This document shows positions 25,001 through 38,528 of a stretch of DNA of 64,000 bases, one piece after another. The notes under the pieces were generated by a model. That model was not told the origin of the DNA and did no database searches. It saw only the letters and a list, made by a program, of their open reading frames with translations. The DNA is from Macrostomum lignano (Eukaryota), in assembly GCA_002269645.1 (NCBI GenBank), contig NIVC01001109.1:51860-115859 (forward strand), in the 5' to 3' direction. The stretch's first letter is position 1. Every line of letters starts with the position of its first letter. A program made the position numbers and the translations under genes.

Positions 25001-27452
25001 GCTCACAACTGAGGATCTGGGAGATTGGCTCAGAACTGAGGATCTGGGAGATTGGCTCAGAAGTGAGGATCTGGGAGGCTGGCCCAGCAACTGAGGATCT
25101 GGAAGATTGGCTCATAACTGAGGATCTGGGAGATTGGCTCAGAACTGAGGATTTGGGAGATTGGCTCAGAACTGAGGATCTGCAGGGAGATTGGCTCAGA
25201 ACTGAGGATCTGGGAGATTGGCTCAGAACTGAGGATCTGGGAGATTGGCTCAGAACTGAGGATCTGCAGGGAGATTGGCTCACAACTGAGGATCTGGGAG
25301 ATTGGCTCAGAACTGAGGATCTGGGAGATTGGCTCAGAACTGAGGATCTGGGAGATTGGCTCAGAACTGAGGATTTGGGAGATTGGCTCAGAACTGAGGA
25401 TCTGCAGGGAGATTGGCTCAGAACTGAGGATCTGGGAGATTGGCTCAGAACTGAGGATCTGCAGGGAGATTGGCTCACAACTGAGGATCTGGGAGATTGG
25501 CTCAGAACTGAGGATCTGGGAGATTGGCTCAGAACTGAGGATCTGGGAGATTGGCTCAGAACTGAGGATTTGGGAGATTGGCTCAGAACTGAGGATCTGC
25601 AGGGAGATTGGCTCAGAACTGAGGATCTGGGAGATTGGCTCAGAACTGAGGATTTGGGAGATTGGCTCAGAACTGAGGATCTGCAGGGAGATTGACTCAC
25701 AACTGAGGATCTGGGAGATTGGCTCAGAACTGAGGATCTGGGAGATTGGCTCAGAAGTGAGGATCTGGGAGGCTGGCCCAGCAACTGAGGATCTGGAAGA
25801 TTGGCTCAGTAATTGAGGATCTGGGAGGCTGGCCCAACAACTGCAGTGAGGATCTGGGAGGCTGGTCCAGCAACTGAGGATCTGGGAGGCTGGCCCAGCA
25901 ACTGAGGATCTGAGAGGCTGGCCCAGCAACTGAGGATCTGGGAGGCTGGCCCAGCAACTGAGGATCTGGGAGGCTGGCCCAGCAACTGAGGATCTGGGAG
26001 GCTGGCCCAGCAACTGAGGATCTGGGAGGCTGGCCCAGTAACTGAGGATCTGGGAGGCTGGCCCAACAACTGCAGTGAGGATCTGGGAGGCTGGCCCAGC
26101 AACTGAGGATCTGGGAGACTGGCTCAGAACTGAGGATCTGGGAGATTGGCTCAGAAGTGAGGATCTGGGAGGCTGGCCCAGCAACTGAGGATCTGGAAGA
26201 TTGGCTCAGTAATTGAGGATCTGGGAGGCTGGCCCAACAACTGCAGTGAGGATCTGGGAGGCTGGCCCAGCAACTGAGGATCTGGGAGATTGGCTCAGTA
26301 ATTGAGGATCTGGGAGGCTGGCCCAACAACTGCAGTGAGGATCTGGGAGGCTGGCCCAGCAACTGAGGATCTGGGAGGCTGGCCCAGCAACTGAGGATCT
26401 GGGAGGCTGGCCCAGCAACTGAGGATCTGGGAGGCTGGCCCAGCAACTGAGGATCTGGGAGGCTGGCCCAGCAACTGAGGATCTGGGAGGCTGGCCCAGC
26501 AACTGAGGATCTGGGAGGCTGGCCCAGCAACTGAGGATCTGGGAGGCTGGCCCAGCAACTGACACTCTGGGAGGCTGGCCCAGCAACTGAGGATCTGGGA
26601 GGCTGGCCCAGCAACTGAGGATCTGGGAGGCTGGCCCAGCAACTGACACTCTGGGAGGCTGGCCCAGCAACTGAGGATCTGGGAGGCTGGCCCAGCAACT
26701 GAGGATCTGGGAGATTGGCTCAGAACTGAGGATCTGGGAGATTGGCTCAGAAGTGAGGATCTGGGAGGCTGGCCCAGCAACTGAGGCTCAGAAACTGAGA
26801 ATCTGGGAGGCTGGCCCAGCAACTGAGGACCTGGGAGGCTGGCCCAACAACTGCAGTGAGGATCTGGGAGGCTGGCCCAGCAACTGAGGATCTGGGAGAT
26901 TGGCTCAGTAATTGAGGATCTGGGAGGCTGGCCCAACAACTGCAGTGAGGATCTGGGAGGCTGGCCCAGCAACTGAGGATCTGGGAGATTGGCTCAGTAA
27001 TTGAGGATCTGGGAGGCTGGCCCAACAACTGCAGTGAGGATCTGGGAGGCTGGCCCAGCAACTGAGGATCTGGGAGGCTGGCCCAGCAACTGAGGATCTG
27101 GGAGGCTGGCCCAGCAACTGAGGATCTGGGAGGCTGGCCCAGCAACTGAGGATCTGGGAGGCTGGCCCAGCAACTGAGGATCTGGGAGGCTGGCCCAGCA
27201 ACTGAGGATCTGGGAGGCTGGCCCAGCAACTGACACTCTGGGAGGCTGGCCCAGCAACTGAGGATCTAGGAGGCTGGCCCAGCAACTGAGGATCTGGGAG
27301 GCTGGGAGGATCTGCAGACAATGCTTTTAGGTATATGTGCAGTGGAAGCCGGCCGAAAACTTACCACCATTGATGCTGCAGAGGCAAACCAGACCAGATA
27401 CAAGAAGACACAGCGATGTCAAACCAGTGAACCGCCCAACGCTAGCAGTCAT
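22095..27452 (-). CDS. Shisa-like (STMC6; CYYR1/VOPP1/WBP1-type architecture) type I membrane protein, 288 aa, 4 exons
   Basis: Exons 27452-27365, 24537-24312, 23130-22985, 22501-22095, all GT-AG and in phase (867 nt). Signal peptide, C*C*CC*CC ectodomain (LCTIK..VRCRDYCC..NYCC), TM VLYIGFGICGAVVLCYLLTYLV, juxtamembrane Cys, three PPxY motifs (PPAY, PPTY, PPAY). Confidence 0.85.
22503..22910. repeat. 12-bp minisatellite (ATGAGTGAGTTC)n filling intron 3 of the Shisa-like gene
   Basis: Degenerate tandem copies abutting the acceptor at 22502. Confidence 0.9.
23611..24275. repeat. Degenerate (CACT/CATT)n satellite in intron 2 of the Shisa-like gene
   Basis: Tetranucleotide-based and mosaic. Confidence 0.9.
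24538..27315. repeat. 27/28-bp two-variant minisatellite filling intron 1 of the Shisa-like gene
   Basis: GATCTGGGAGATTGGCTCAGAACTGAG (left part) grades into GATCTGGGAGGCTGGCCCAGCAACTGAG (right part), about 100 copies. Confidence 0.96.
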
Positions 27453-28119
27453 ATCAATATCCTAGGTTTAGACTAGCTAGTGCCTTGGCAACAAAGCAAT
27501 ACTCTTCAAGTGTCGCAGAAAGGTTACTGCAGAAATAGCCGAGTTGCGCTTTCAAACCTTACATGTAGCTAGCAGTAAATATGCCAAAGTTGGCATAGAA
27601 GAAGGCTCAATCGTTCACTGTACATTCGAAAGTGTGCCGCGCATTGTACATGCGCATTAAGGCTGATTCTTGTCACGCCATTCCAGTTAAACTCTTTCCT
27701 TGTGTTTAACTGGCTACGGTACGCTTCTCACCGAATCCTCTCTCTTTCTCTGTTCCACATCCACACCAAAGCTTCGCCAACGTGCAAACTCTGTGACGCA
27801 CAGACTCGGTCCATTGTCCCATGCATGCAGACGTGCTTTCGTCTATTCTTCGTATTCTCGAATGTACGAGCATGACTGCGCTTCCATATGCTCTGTACTG
27901 CTCTAGGCGTTGAGCAGATAAATAATTACAACTGGATTGAGTCTTTATAATTAAGTTTATAAAGTTTATAATTTTGTGTGCATATTATTACTAAAGAAAG
28001 TGTATTAATTAAATACTTATCTTATACAGAATGAGTTGAGACTAGACAGACAAATTAAGCTGAAAATGGCATACCTATAAAAGCAGAGGAGATTAAAAAG
28101 GACATGTGACATTTAATAA

Positions 28120-28755
28120 GATGGGATGAGATGAGAAACGACAGGTAGAATTAAAAAAGATGAGATAAGGTGAGAAAAGACAGGTGAGATTAGATAAGAC
28201 GAGATGAGATGAGAAAGGACAGGTGAGATTAGATAAGATGAGATGAGAAAGGACAGGTTAGATTTGATAAGATGAGATGAGATGAGAAAGGACAGGTGAG
28301 ATTAGATAAGATGAGATGAGATGAGAAAGGACAGGTGAGATTAGATAAGATGAGATGAGATGAGAAAGGACAGGTGAGATTAGATAAGATGAGATGAGAT
28401 GAGAAAGGACAGGTGAGATAAGATAAGATGAGATAAGACAGGTGAAATTAGATAAGATAAGATGAGATGAGAAAGGACAGGTGAGATAAGATGAGATGAG
28501 ATGAGATGAGAAAGGACAGGAGAGATTAGATAAGATGAGATGAGATGAGAAAGGACAGGTGAGATAAGATGAGATGAGATGAGATGAGAAAGGACAGGAG
28601 AGATTAGATAAGATGAGATGAGATGAGAAAGGACAGGTGAGATTAGATGAGATGAGATGAGAAAGAACAGGTAAGATTAGATTAGATGAGTTGAGATGAG
28701 AAAAAAGTACTGGTGAGAATAGATGAGATAAGATAAGGTGAGAAAGGACAGATGG
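28120..28755. repeat. Purine-rich compound satellite (GATGA)n/AAAGGACAGGTGAGATTAGATAA
   Basis: Tandem variable-length units. Confidence 0.9.
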
Positions 28756-28809
28756 CATAAGATGAGCTGGAATTCAGAGCCCTATTGAGAACTTCTGGCA
28801 GTTCAGAGT

Positions 28810-31800
28810 TCAGACGCCAAGGTGCTCAAACAAAGACTGCAGTAGCAGGGACAGTCCGGCAGACCCCGAATCGGCCAACAATTCGAGGCGATGCAAAATT
28901 CGGACGCACTGCGGCAACGGACTGGCTAGAATGGCGCGCAGTTGCTTAGCAACCGTTGCTATGACGAGATCGCCTCTTAGCCAGGCCAGAGATTCGGGCA
29001 GATTTAAACTCAAGCGATTGTCGGACACGGTTATTGAAGTCTCGGACAGGCGGACGAAGGCAGATTTAATGGCCGGACAGGCAATGGCGGACAGGTTCGG
29101 GTGGCCGAGCAGAGACAGGAGAATGTCCGGCTCTATGCATAAGAGGGCCAGGTGTCTGCAGCGAGAGGATGGAGGGCGCAAGATGCCGGAGGGAGACTGG
29201 GTTGAGCTTAGTAAAAGTACATCTAGGTTCGTAAAATATAGCAACACTTTGACTATAGTTCATAAAAATAAATTTACTTAAGTATGGTTCAGATCCTAAC
29301 ATCTTTATCTAAGAATAAAATGTACTTTAACTATGGCCGATAGGAATTCTATGGACTTTAACTGCATTTTATAAAGCATATATTGTACTTTAACTATAGT
29401 TCATAAGCATCCAATGTACTTTAAATATAGTTCATTCAGCATCCGATGTACTTTAACTATAATTCATTAAGCATACGACGTACTCTAAGTATAGTTCATT
29501 AAGCACCCGATGTACTTTAAATATAGTTCATAAGCATCCAATGTACTTTAACTATAGTTCATAAGCATCCAATGTACTTTAACTATAGTTCATAAGCATC
29601 CAATGTACTTTAACTATAGTTCATTCAGCATCCGATGTACTTTAACTAGTTCATTAACCATCAAATTTACTTCAACTATAGTTTATAAGCATCCAATGTA
29701 CTTTGGCTGCGGTTTAGACAAAATTTATCTACTGAATAAAAGGTCACCCACTCTCGCTCACAGGTCTCCAATGGTCGGTTGCTCTCTCAGCAGTTCCAGA
29801 CGCACGAAGCTGTTAACGGAATCAATAATGGCTTTGTTGCTGGGGCAATTATTGTCTGAGAATTGCAAAATCTCCGGCCTTATGGTCGCTCGAATCAATA
29901 GACTCTGCAAGTAGTATGGTAGGAATTTAAGATCATAGTTATTAGAAACTGATCGCAGGAGCCTCACAAAAATTCAAAATCATCATTCTGAGAAACTGAT
30001 CACAGGAGCCTCACAAAAAAATCAAAATCATCATTCTGAGAAACTGATCACAGGAGCCTCACAAAAATTCAAAATCATCATTCTTAGAATCTGATCACAG
30101 GAGCCTCACAAAAATTCAAAATCATCATTCTTAGAATCTGATCACAGGAGCCTCACAAAAATTCAAAATCATCATTCTTAGAATCTGATCACAGGAGCCT
30201 CACAAAAAATTCAAAATCATCATTCTTAGAATCTGATCACAGGAGCCTCACAAAAAATTCAAATCATCATTCTTAGAATCTGATAGCAGGAGCCTCACAA
30301 AAATTCAAAATCATCATTCTGAGAAAACTGATCACAGGAGCCTCACAAAAAATTCAAAATCATCATTCTTAGAATCTGATCACAGGAGCCTCACAAAAAT
30401 TCAAAATCATCATTCTTAGAATCTGATCACAGGAGCCTCACAAAAAATTCAAAATCATCATTCTGAGAATCTGATCACAGGAGCCACACAAAAATTCAAA
30501 ATCATCATTCTTAGAATCTGATCACAGGAGCCTCACAAAAAATTCAAAATCATCATTCTTAGAATCTGATCACAGGAGCCTCACAAAAAATTCAAAATCA
30601 TCATTCTTAGAATCTGATCACAGGAGCCTCACAAAAATTCAAAATCATCATTCTAAGAATCTGATAGCAGGAGCCACACAAAAATTCAAAATCATCATTC
30701 TGAGAATCTGATCGCAGGAGCCTCACAAAAATTCAAAATCATCATTCTGAGAAAACTGATCACAGGAGCCTCACAAAAAATTCAAAATCATCATTCTGAG
30801 AAAACTGATCACAGGAGCCTCACAAAAAATTCAAAATCATCATTCCTAGAATCTGATCACAGGAGCCTCACAAAAATTCAAAATCATCATTCTGAGAATC
30901 TGATCGCAGGAGCCTCACAAAAATTCAAAATCATCATTCTGAGAAACTGATCACAGGAGCCTCAAAAAAATCAAAATCATCATTCTGAGAAAACTGATCA
31001 CAGGAGCCTCACAAAAAAATCAAAATCATCATTCTGAGAAACTGATCGCAGGAGCCTCACAAAAAATTCAAAATCATCATTCTGAGAAACTGATCGCAGG
31101 AGCCTCACAAAAAATTCAAAATCATCATTCTTAGAATCTGATCACAGGAGCCTCACAAAAATTCAAAATCATCATTCTTAGAATCTGATCACAGGAGCCT
31201 CACAAAAATTCAAAATCATCATTCTAAGAATCTGATCACAGGAGCCTCACAAAAAATCAAAATCATCATTCTAAGAATCTGATAGCAGGAGCCACACAAA
31301 AATTCAAAATCATCATTCTAAGAATCTGATAGCAGGAGCCACACAAAAATTCAAAATCATCATTCTGAGAATCTGATCGCAGGAGCCTCACAAAAATTCA
31401 AAATCATCATTCTGAGAAAACTGATCACAGGAGCCTCACAAAAAATTCAAAATCATCATTCTGAGAAAACTGATCACAGGAGCCTCACAAAAAATTCAAA
31501 ATCATCATTCTTAGAATCTGATCACAGGAGCCTCACAAAAATTCAAAATCATCATTCTAAGAATCTGATCACAGGAGCCTCACAAAAAATCAAAATCATC
31601 ATTCTAAGAATCTGATAGCAGGAGCCACACAAAAATTCAAAATCATCATTCTGAGAATCTGATCGCAGGAGCCACACAAAAATTCAAAATCATCATTCTG
31701 AGAATCTGATCGCAGGAGCCTCACAAAAATTCAAAATCATCATTCTGAGAAAACTGATCACAGGAGCCTCACAAAAAAATCAAAATCATCATTCTGAGAA

Positions 31801-34800
31801 TCTGATCACAGGAGCCTCACAAAAATTCAAAATCATCATTCTTAGAATCTGATCACAGGAGCCTCACAAAAAAATCAAAATCATCATTCTGAGAATCTGA
31901 TCACAGGAGCCTCACAAAAAAATCAAAATCATCATTCTGAGAAACTGATCACAGGAGCCTCACAAAAAATTCAAAATCATCATTCTTAGAATCTGATCAC
32001 AGGAGCCTCACAAAATTCAAAATCATCATTCTGAGAATCTGATCGCAGGAGCCTCACAAAAATTCAAAATCATCATTCTTAGAATCTGATCGCAGGAGCC
32101 TCACAAAAATATTGGGTTGCATCCCACTATAGAGATTAAAAAAGGCAACAGTTACGATATGAACTCACCGCCATACCAGCAGGGCACTGCTCAATCAGAT
32201 GGAGCAAATATCCCCTAACAACAGCATTAACAACAGCGGGATCATCATAGCTTTGATTCTCTGCTAGCAGGTAGCATCGACATCTACTTAACAGCTGATG
32301 CGAATGCACGCAAGCTAAGCCCGAGTCAAATGAAGCCACATTATTCGAGAATATTGTGCGCAACTGAGAGCCAATGGAAGATAGCTGAGCCTGAAAGTTG
32401 AATGGGGTGAATGGGGTTGAGCGCTGAAAGGGGGTTTCGCCATAGACAAATCAAGGACCACTGTACTATAACAGGCTGTAAAAACACAAAGATCATGTAA
32501 TTTTTTGGAGGCCAATTTCCTGAAATAAATACACGTTCCGCGTAGATAGTGATTTTTTCATCACAAAAATCAATGATTGCATTTGATCTGGGGCAGTGAA
32601 GACTCAAGTATATTCAAGTATATCAAGTATATTTGTTAATAAAAATTTAGAATTTCAGCACTCTCAAGGCCATTATTGTAGGTATAATTGCATTATTTTA
32701 TTGCATATTAGATCCTACATACATACATACATACATACATACTTACACAGTGCATATCACGTGTTTGGGGGCCCTTGCCTTCTCTGAGGTAACAAGTGAC
32801 TCATGTTTCTAAAAATAGATACTGAGTCATGCGGCCCTGTGCACTTTACCCGCAGACCCTGCCTTCTCTAAGGCGGAGGGTGACGTCAGTTCTAAAAATA
32901 GAACAGAGTCACGAGGTCCGGCGCACACTGGCGCAGCGGGGATTCCCTGTCTATAAATACGTGCCCCTCACCCTTGGTTCAGTCAAGGATTTGTCTTATT
33001 TGTCTTCGTTGTCTTCTTATTGTAGTCTTTCCTCTTTTTGTTGTTCTTCTTTAGTCTAGTTTTCCAGACTTCGTTCAGCTGCCCATTTAAGCTATCTGTA
33101 ATTGACCTGACTAAACTTAGACGCCCAAGCCTAAGGGAGGCTAACGCCGTCTTCCCAGCCACCCCCTGAGCCCGGCGGGATCTGCTGACCAGAACGCCTT
33201 GTTCATTAATCTGCAAATCTGCACGCTGTGCTGAGTTCGTTGACTTGTTTATTTCGTTCCGACACTTGTCTACTTGTTTATTTCGTTTCGTTCGTTTCGT
33301 TCGTTGACTTGTTCACCTCACCGAAGGCTGAGACCTGAAGGAACTGGTGGCAGCACTACCTACGCTACTAAGAGCTAATAGAAGGCTTCCGGTTGAAAAG
33401 ACGGAGAGCCAAAATCACTGTGCTAGACAGCAGGAGAAGCACAGGTACAACGTTGGTGGCAACGGTGGGATTCAAAGACCCACAAGGGCCACCCCGAGCC
33501 AACCCTAAGTGCTTCAAAAGAATGCTAATTTTCACTGAACTAGATCAAATGCAATTATTGATGAATTTTTTTCCTATCTGCACTGCACAATTTTTTAGTC
33601 GCTACAGTGCTTGTAGACGAATTCTGTCGAGAAAAATCCGTTTTTTTTCAGAGCATACTACTCAAGTAGTAGGACGGAGAACTATGTTTCTTGGTATCTG
33701 ATCTCTTCCCCACCAATTCACTGCAGAATTCGCAGAAGACTCCATGCTTACAGATGAACTCAAATTTGACAATGAATATAAGTCTCTTGACTCTTGATAT
33801 ACCAAGAATCCCAACAAAATTGAAAATCTTCTTACATTAACAGGAGCTGCTTGAGTTGAGTATTTCGTCAGTACAAAGTTTTTCACTTCCTTAGACGCAT
33901 GACTGCTGCACAAAATGGCCTGAAAAATTTGGAGAAAAAATAAAAATGAATAATACAAAATTATAAATAAATAGTTTCATATGCAACTGTTGACTGAGTG
34001 GCAGCTGTTTGCATTTGGGTCAGCGAATTAGCTGAAGCCTCTGTAGCTGGCGCCCCCCTGTAGCTGGCGCTCCTCTGTAGCTGGCGCCCCCTCTGTAGCT
34101 GGCGCCCCCTCTGTAGCTGGCGCCCCTCTGTAGCTGGCGCCCCCTCTAAAGCTGGCGCCCCCTCTGTAGCTGGCGCCCCCCTAAAGCTGGCGCCCCCTCT
34201 GTAGCTGGCGCCCCCTCTGTAGCTGGCGCCCCCCTAAAGCTGGCGCTCCTCTGTAGCTGGCGCCCCTCTGTGGCTGGCGCCCCCTCTGTGGCTGGCGCCC
34301 CCTCTGTGGCTGGCGCCCCATATGTAACTGGCGCCCCCTCTGTAGCTGGCGCCCCCTCTGAAGCTGGCGCCCCCTCTGTGGCTGGCGCCCCCTCTGTAGC
34401 TGGCCCCCTCTGTAGCTGGCGCCCCCTCTGTAGCTGGTGCCCCCTGTAGCTGGCGCCCCATCTGTAGCTGGCGCCCCATCTGTAGCTGGCGCTGGCGCCC
34501 CTTAGATATAATCAATGGCAGGCAGGATAATCTATGTGAAGCAATTCTCGTAAACCCTCTGTCATGGTGTTTTGTCTTCAGTTCATTCTATCATTGTTTA
34601 CTTTTGCTACTATGATTCACTAATCAACCTTAATGAAATATGTGAGCAAGAGATAGCCTGAAACAGAATTATAATTGATTTATTATAAGAGCAGTCTGCC
34701 AACAAACCTGAATCATGAGTGCAACCCCATTTCTTAAGCTGTCATAGGTGAGCACAGTTGCCAATTCAGGGCAGAGATGAGACACAGAATGTGTTATTAA

Positions 34801-36081
34801 ACTAGAAATTAATTTTAACTGCTGTTCATTAGAACTGTCCAATTTTGTAAGCATCTAAAAAAGAAAGACAACAGCATTAATGAATAAGATTGCAAATAGA
34901 ATTTGAAAATTATTTCTTTCAAATAATACTTGCCTCTTGCAGGGAAGATGCATAGGTTAAAAATTTAGAAATCATCTCTACATTCTGATGCTTCATATAA
35001 GGTGAAGTCAGTAGTAGATAAGCTTCAATATATTTTGCCACTGCTTTGGCAAATTCCTTTTTTGCTTGCTGCACTCCTTCCTAGAAATTCAGAATATATA
35101 TAAGCAAGTTAAAAAGAAAATTTAAAAAATTCAATTGCATTTAAAAGTATTTTAAATAAAAAAATACTTAAACTAATTTGTAAAAAATTTAAAATGTATC
35201 TCTCTTCTTTTTCTATTATTCCTCTATCTAAGTCCAACTTTTTTGCTCAAAAAAATTATATTATATATTATGTTGTTTTGTTGTTGTTACATTGTATATC
35301 TCTATAAGCTACTTTTACAGTGGAAATGCATTGGCATAGAATTTTTTGAGTAAATAATATCTAATGTTCATTCATTACTTTATTCTCTATTTTATTTTCT
35401 ATAGTTTATTATTTATTGTAAAAGCTACTTTTCTCTATTAGGCCTAGTCTATTGATTTTTGGTTATATATAGGTTAAGCTAACTAATATTTATTATTTGC
35501 ATAGCTTTTAAGAATCTTGAACCTGTTTGTATTAGATATTGATATATAAGGCCTAAAACCTAAGTTTTGTAAATAATAAATTGAACTTATTGAGAAAATA
35601 GAAACAAACTAGAGAATGTTTATGTCTATAAAGGCTTTGGCTATGTTTAGGCCTACCTTAGTACTTTGTTTCATTCTTATTTTTAGTATCTAAATATACT
35701 AAATCTCTAATCTATATACTAAACATAATTTTTATTGTTATATATATTTATAATTTAATTTATAATGCTTAAAACCAACAATTTTCTATAGATATTTAGC
35801 TAACATAAATCATAGCATAAATCATGAATCATTGGCCTCTTACTTTTTGCTACAATTAAAAAAGACAGAAAGTGACTAATGAAATTATCAAAAGTGGAAG
35901 TTTCTTAGAATATTAAATAACGGAAAATGCCTACTAGCTCATAGATCATTCTTTGCATTAAAGCTAAGCTTAATAGAACGTCGAACTTGTTTGCCAGGAC
36001 GCTGGCCGATTTGGCCGGGGGCGTGGGGCGTGGCAAGCCCGGGTTTGCAAGCAAGTTGTCATGCGTAAGAAAATTAAAAAG
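28810..36081 (-). CDS. Unrecognised multi-exon protein, predicted largely alpha-helical (at least 449 aa; 5' end unresolved, probably extends to ~36950)
   Basis: Phase-consistent exon chain 36081-35935, 35080-34934, 34854-34708, 33919-33722, 32390-32169, 29904-29762, 29155-28810 (1350 nt including stop). Strong acceptors (TTTCTAG, TTTTTAG, TTTTCAG, CTTGCAG, CTGCAG). One GC-AG intron. The donor at 33721 (GTGAAT) is weak. I recognise no family motif. Confidence 0.6.
29340..29705. repeat. ~31-bp AT-rich minisatellite (ATGTACTTTAACTATAGTTCATAAGCATCCA)
   Basis: About 10 degenerate copies in the last intron of the minus-strand gene. Confidence 0.85.
29940..32110. repeat. ~47-48-bp minisatellite (AATCTGATCACAGGAGCCTCACAAAAATTCAAAATCATCATTCTTAG)
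   Basis: About 45 head-to-tail copies with no spacers, intronic. Confidence 0.96.
34038..34500. repeat. 16-18-bp GC-rich minisatellite (CTGTAGCTGGCGCCCCCT)
   Basis: About 27 copies, intronic. Confidence 0.95.
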
Positions 36082-37690
36082 CTGCAACTTTCTTAGAAAA
36101 CACCGAACGCATTGCAGAGTAGCCTAGCCGTATTTAAATTAAAGCCGTTGTGCATATTCCCCACCAGCCTGTTCTTTTTAAAAAACAACCACAAAACACA
36201 GTCAACAACTTAAGCAAAGCCGAATTGCTTACTGTCGAAATGAGCATGCAAGCGCAGATCTTGTCAGTCCGCGTTGGTTTATGATTTGCGATCAGTTAAA
36301 TGCAATTAGTTGTCTCACGCGGTGGCAGAAGCGCATTGATTATGCCGGAAAAGAAGTCTGGTAGCTTGTTTCGTCTCTTTTAGGATGTTTCACCCAGCCA
36401 GATTTAGTGCGTTGTGTCGCAACTGCGGCCCGTCAGCTAGTTAAGGCCGTCCAGACAACGTGCTTCTCTTGTTCGGACTAGCGGCAATTATTTCATGGAT
36501 CAATATGGCGGGTCCACGTTAAAAAAGCACTGCCGCGTTTTAAAAGTCTCTGCCGGGGCTTCTCTGCTTGGCCCCTGCGGGGTTGTCCGTTACTCTATTT
36601 AATTAGTTCGCCTTCGCCGTCTTGTCCATACAGTCATGCCGTTTTACCACCGTTTTTGCCAGAGGCAGTCCAGCTTGTGACGGCACAATAGATAGAGGCA
36701 TAGATGTCTGAGTACAGATGTCTGAGTACAGATGTCTGAGTAAAGCTGTGGAAGTAGCTGGGCTCCCCTTTGAGAGCCTCAACAAGGCTGCAGTAAAGCG
36801 GCTTCTCACGGGTGGGTTTTGCCAGGCACGAGACAACGCTTCGGCTGCTGACTCGATCGGTGGTCGGTGCAACAGCAGGTCCCTCTGCAGGCGCAGATCA
36901 CAGTGTACCAGTCTGTGATTCCTACCTCGAGACCAGTGGTGCTAACCTTCTCATGGTGAATATGCCACATGCCTTCCGGCGTTGGCCGTTAAGCCTGCAG
37001 CAATAAACATTGCGGGCTTTGTAGCTGCTTCTGGAGTAAGTCGCGTCCGCGCTAGCAAAATCTACCCATGGCGTTAGTGTTGTTTGTTCTCGAGCGGGCG
37101 CGCTCGGACTTCCGCATCACGGTGTTGAACCTACATGTTCTGTCTATACTACACAGAAATAAACGCCAAGAACGCAAGATGCTACATGTAGATCGAGTTC
37201 TCGTATATATATCTACCTGTTTTTATTTGACGAAAGCATATAAGCCAGGTTTTTTAGTTTGAAAAACAATATAATTCTTTATTGCTGAAGGAACAAGCCC
37301 TCATAGCTTATCTGTTTGCACACGATGCTCCCCGACATTCCCGTTTGCGGTACGAGTGAGGTGTGATATAGACTAGCTAAATGGTACAGCTACTGCACTA
37401 TTAAACTTTTCAAATTTCCAACCGGATATGGCGCCGTCTGTCGATCACCCGAGGAGCATGCGGCTTTCATACACCGCAATTCCAGTAAGCTCCATGAATT
37501 CCTCTGCGTTTTCTTTGGCGGCATGGAGGTAATAAAATGTTGCTATCAGAATAAGGACAATAATATTGTTCCATTAAGTTTAACGCCAATCATGCGAGCT
37601 ATTTGGTTTTGCTGCTTCGGCCCGTTGCAAGACTATTTTACAAGGAGCTTCAATGTGCCTGTATAGGTAAAATTAACCAATCGCTGAACA

Positions 37691-38528
<838 letters not shown>

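Noticed and set aside
29940-32110. CRISPR-like regular array
   Set aside because: Units are head-to-tail with no unique spacers, there are no cas genes, and the context is a eukaryotic intron. The same applies to the arrays at 18752-20218 and 24538-27315.
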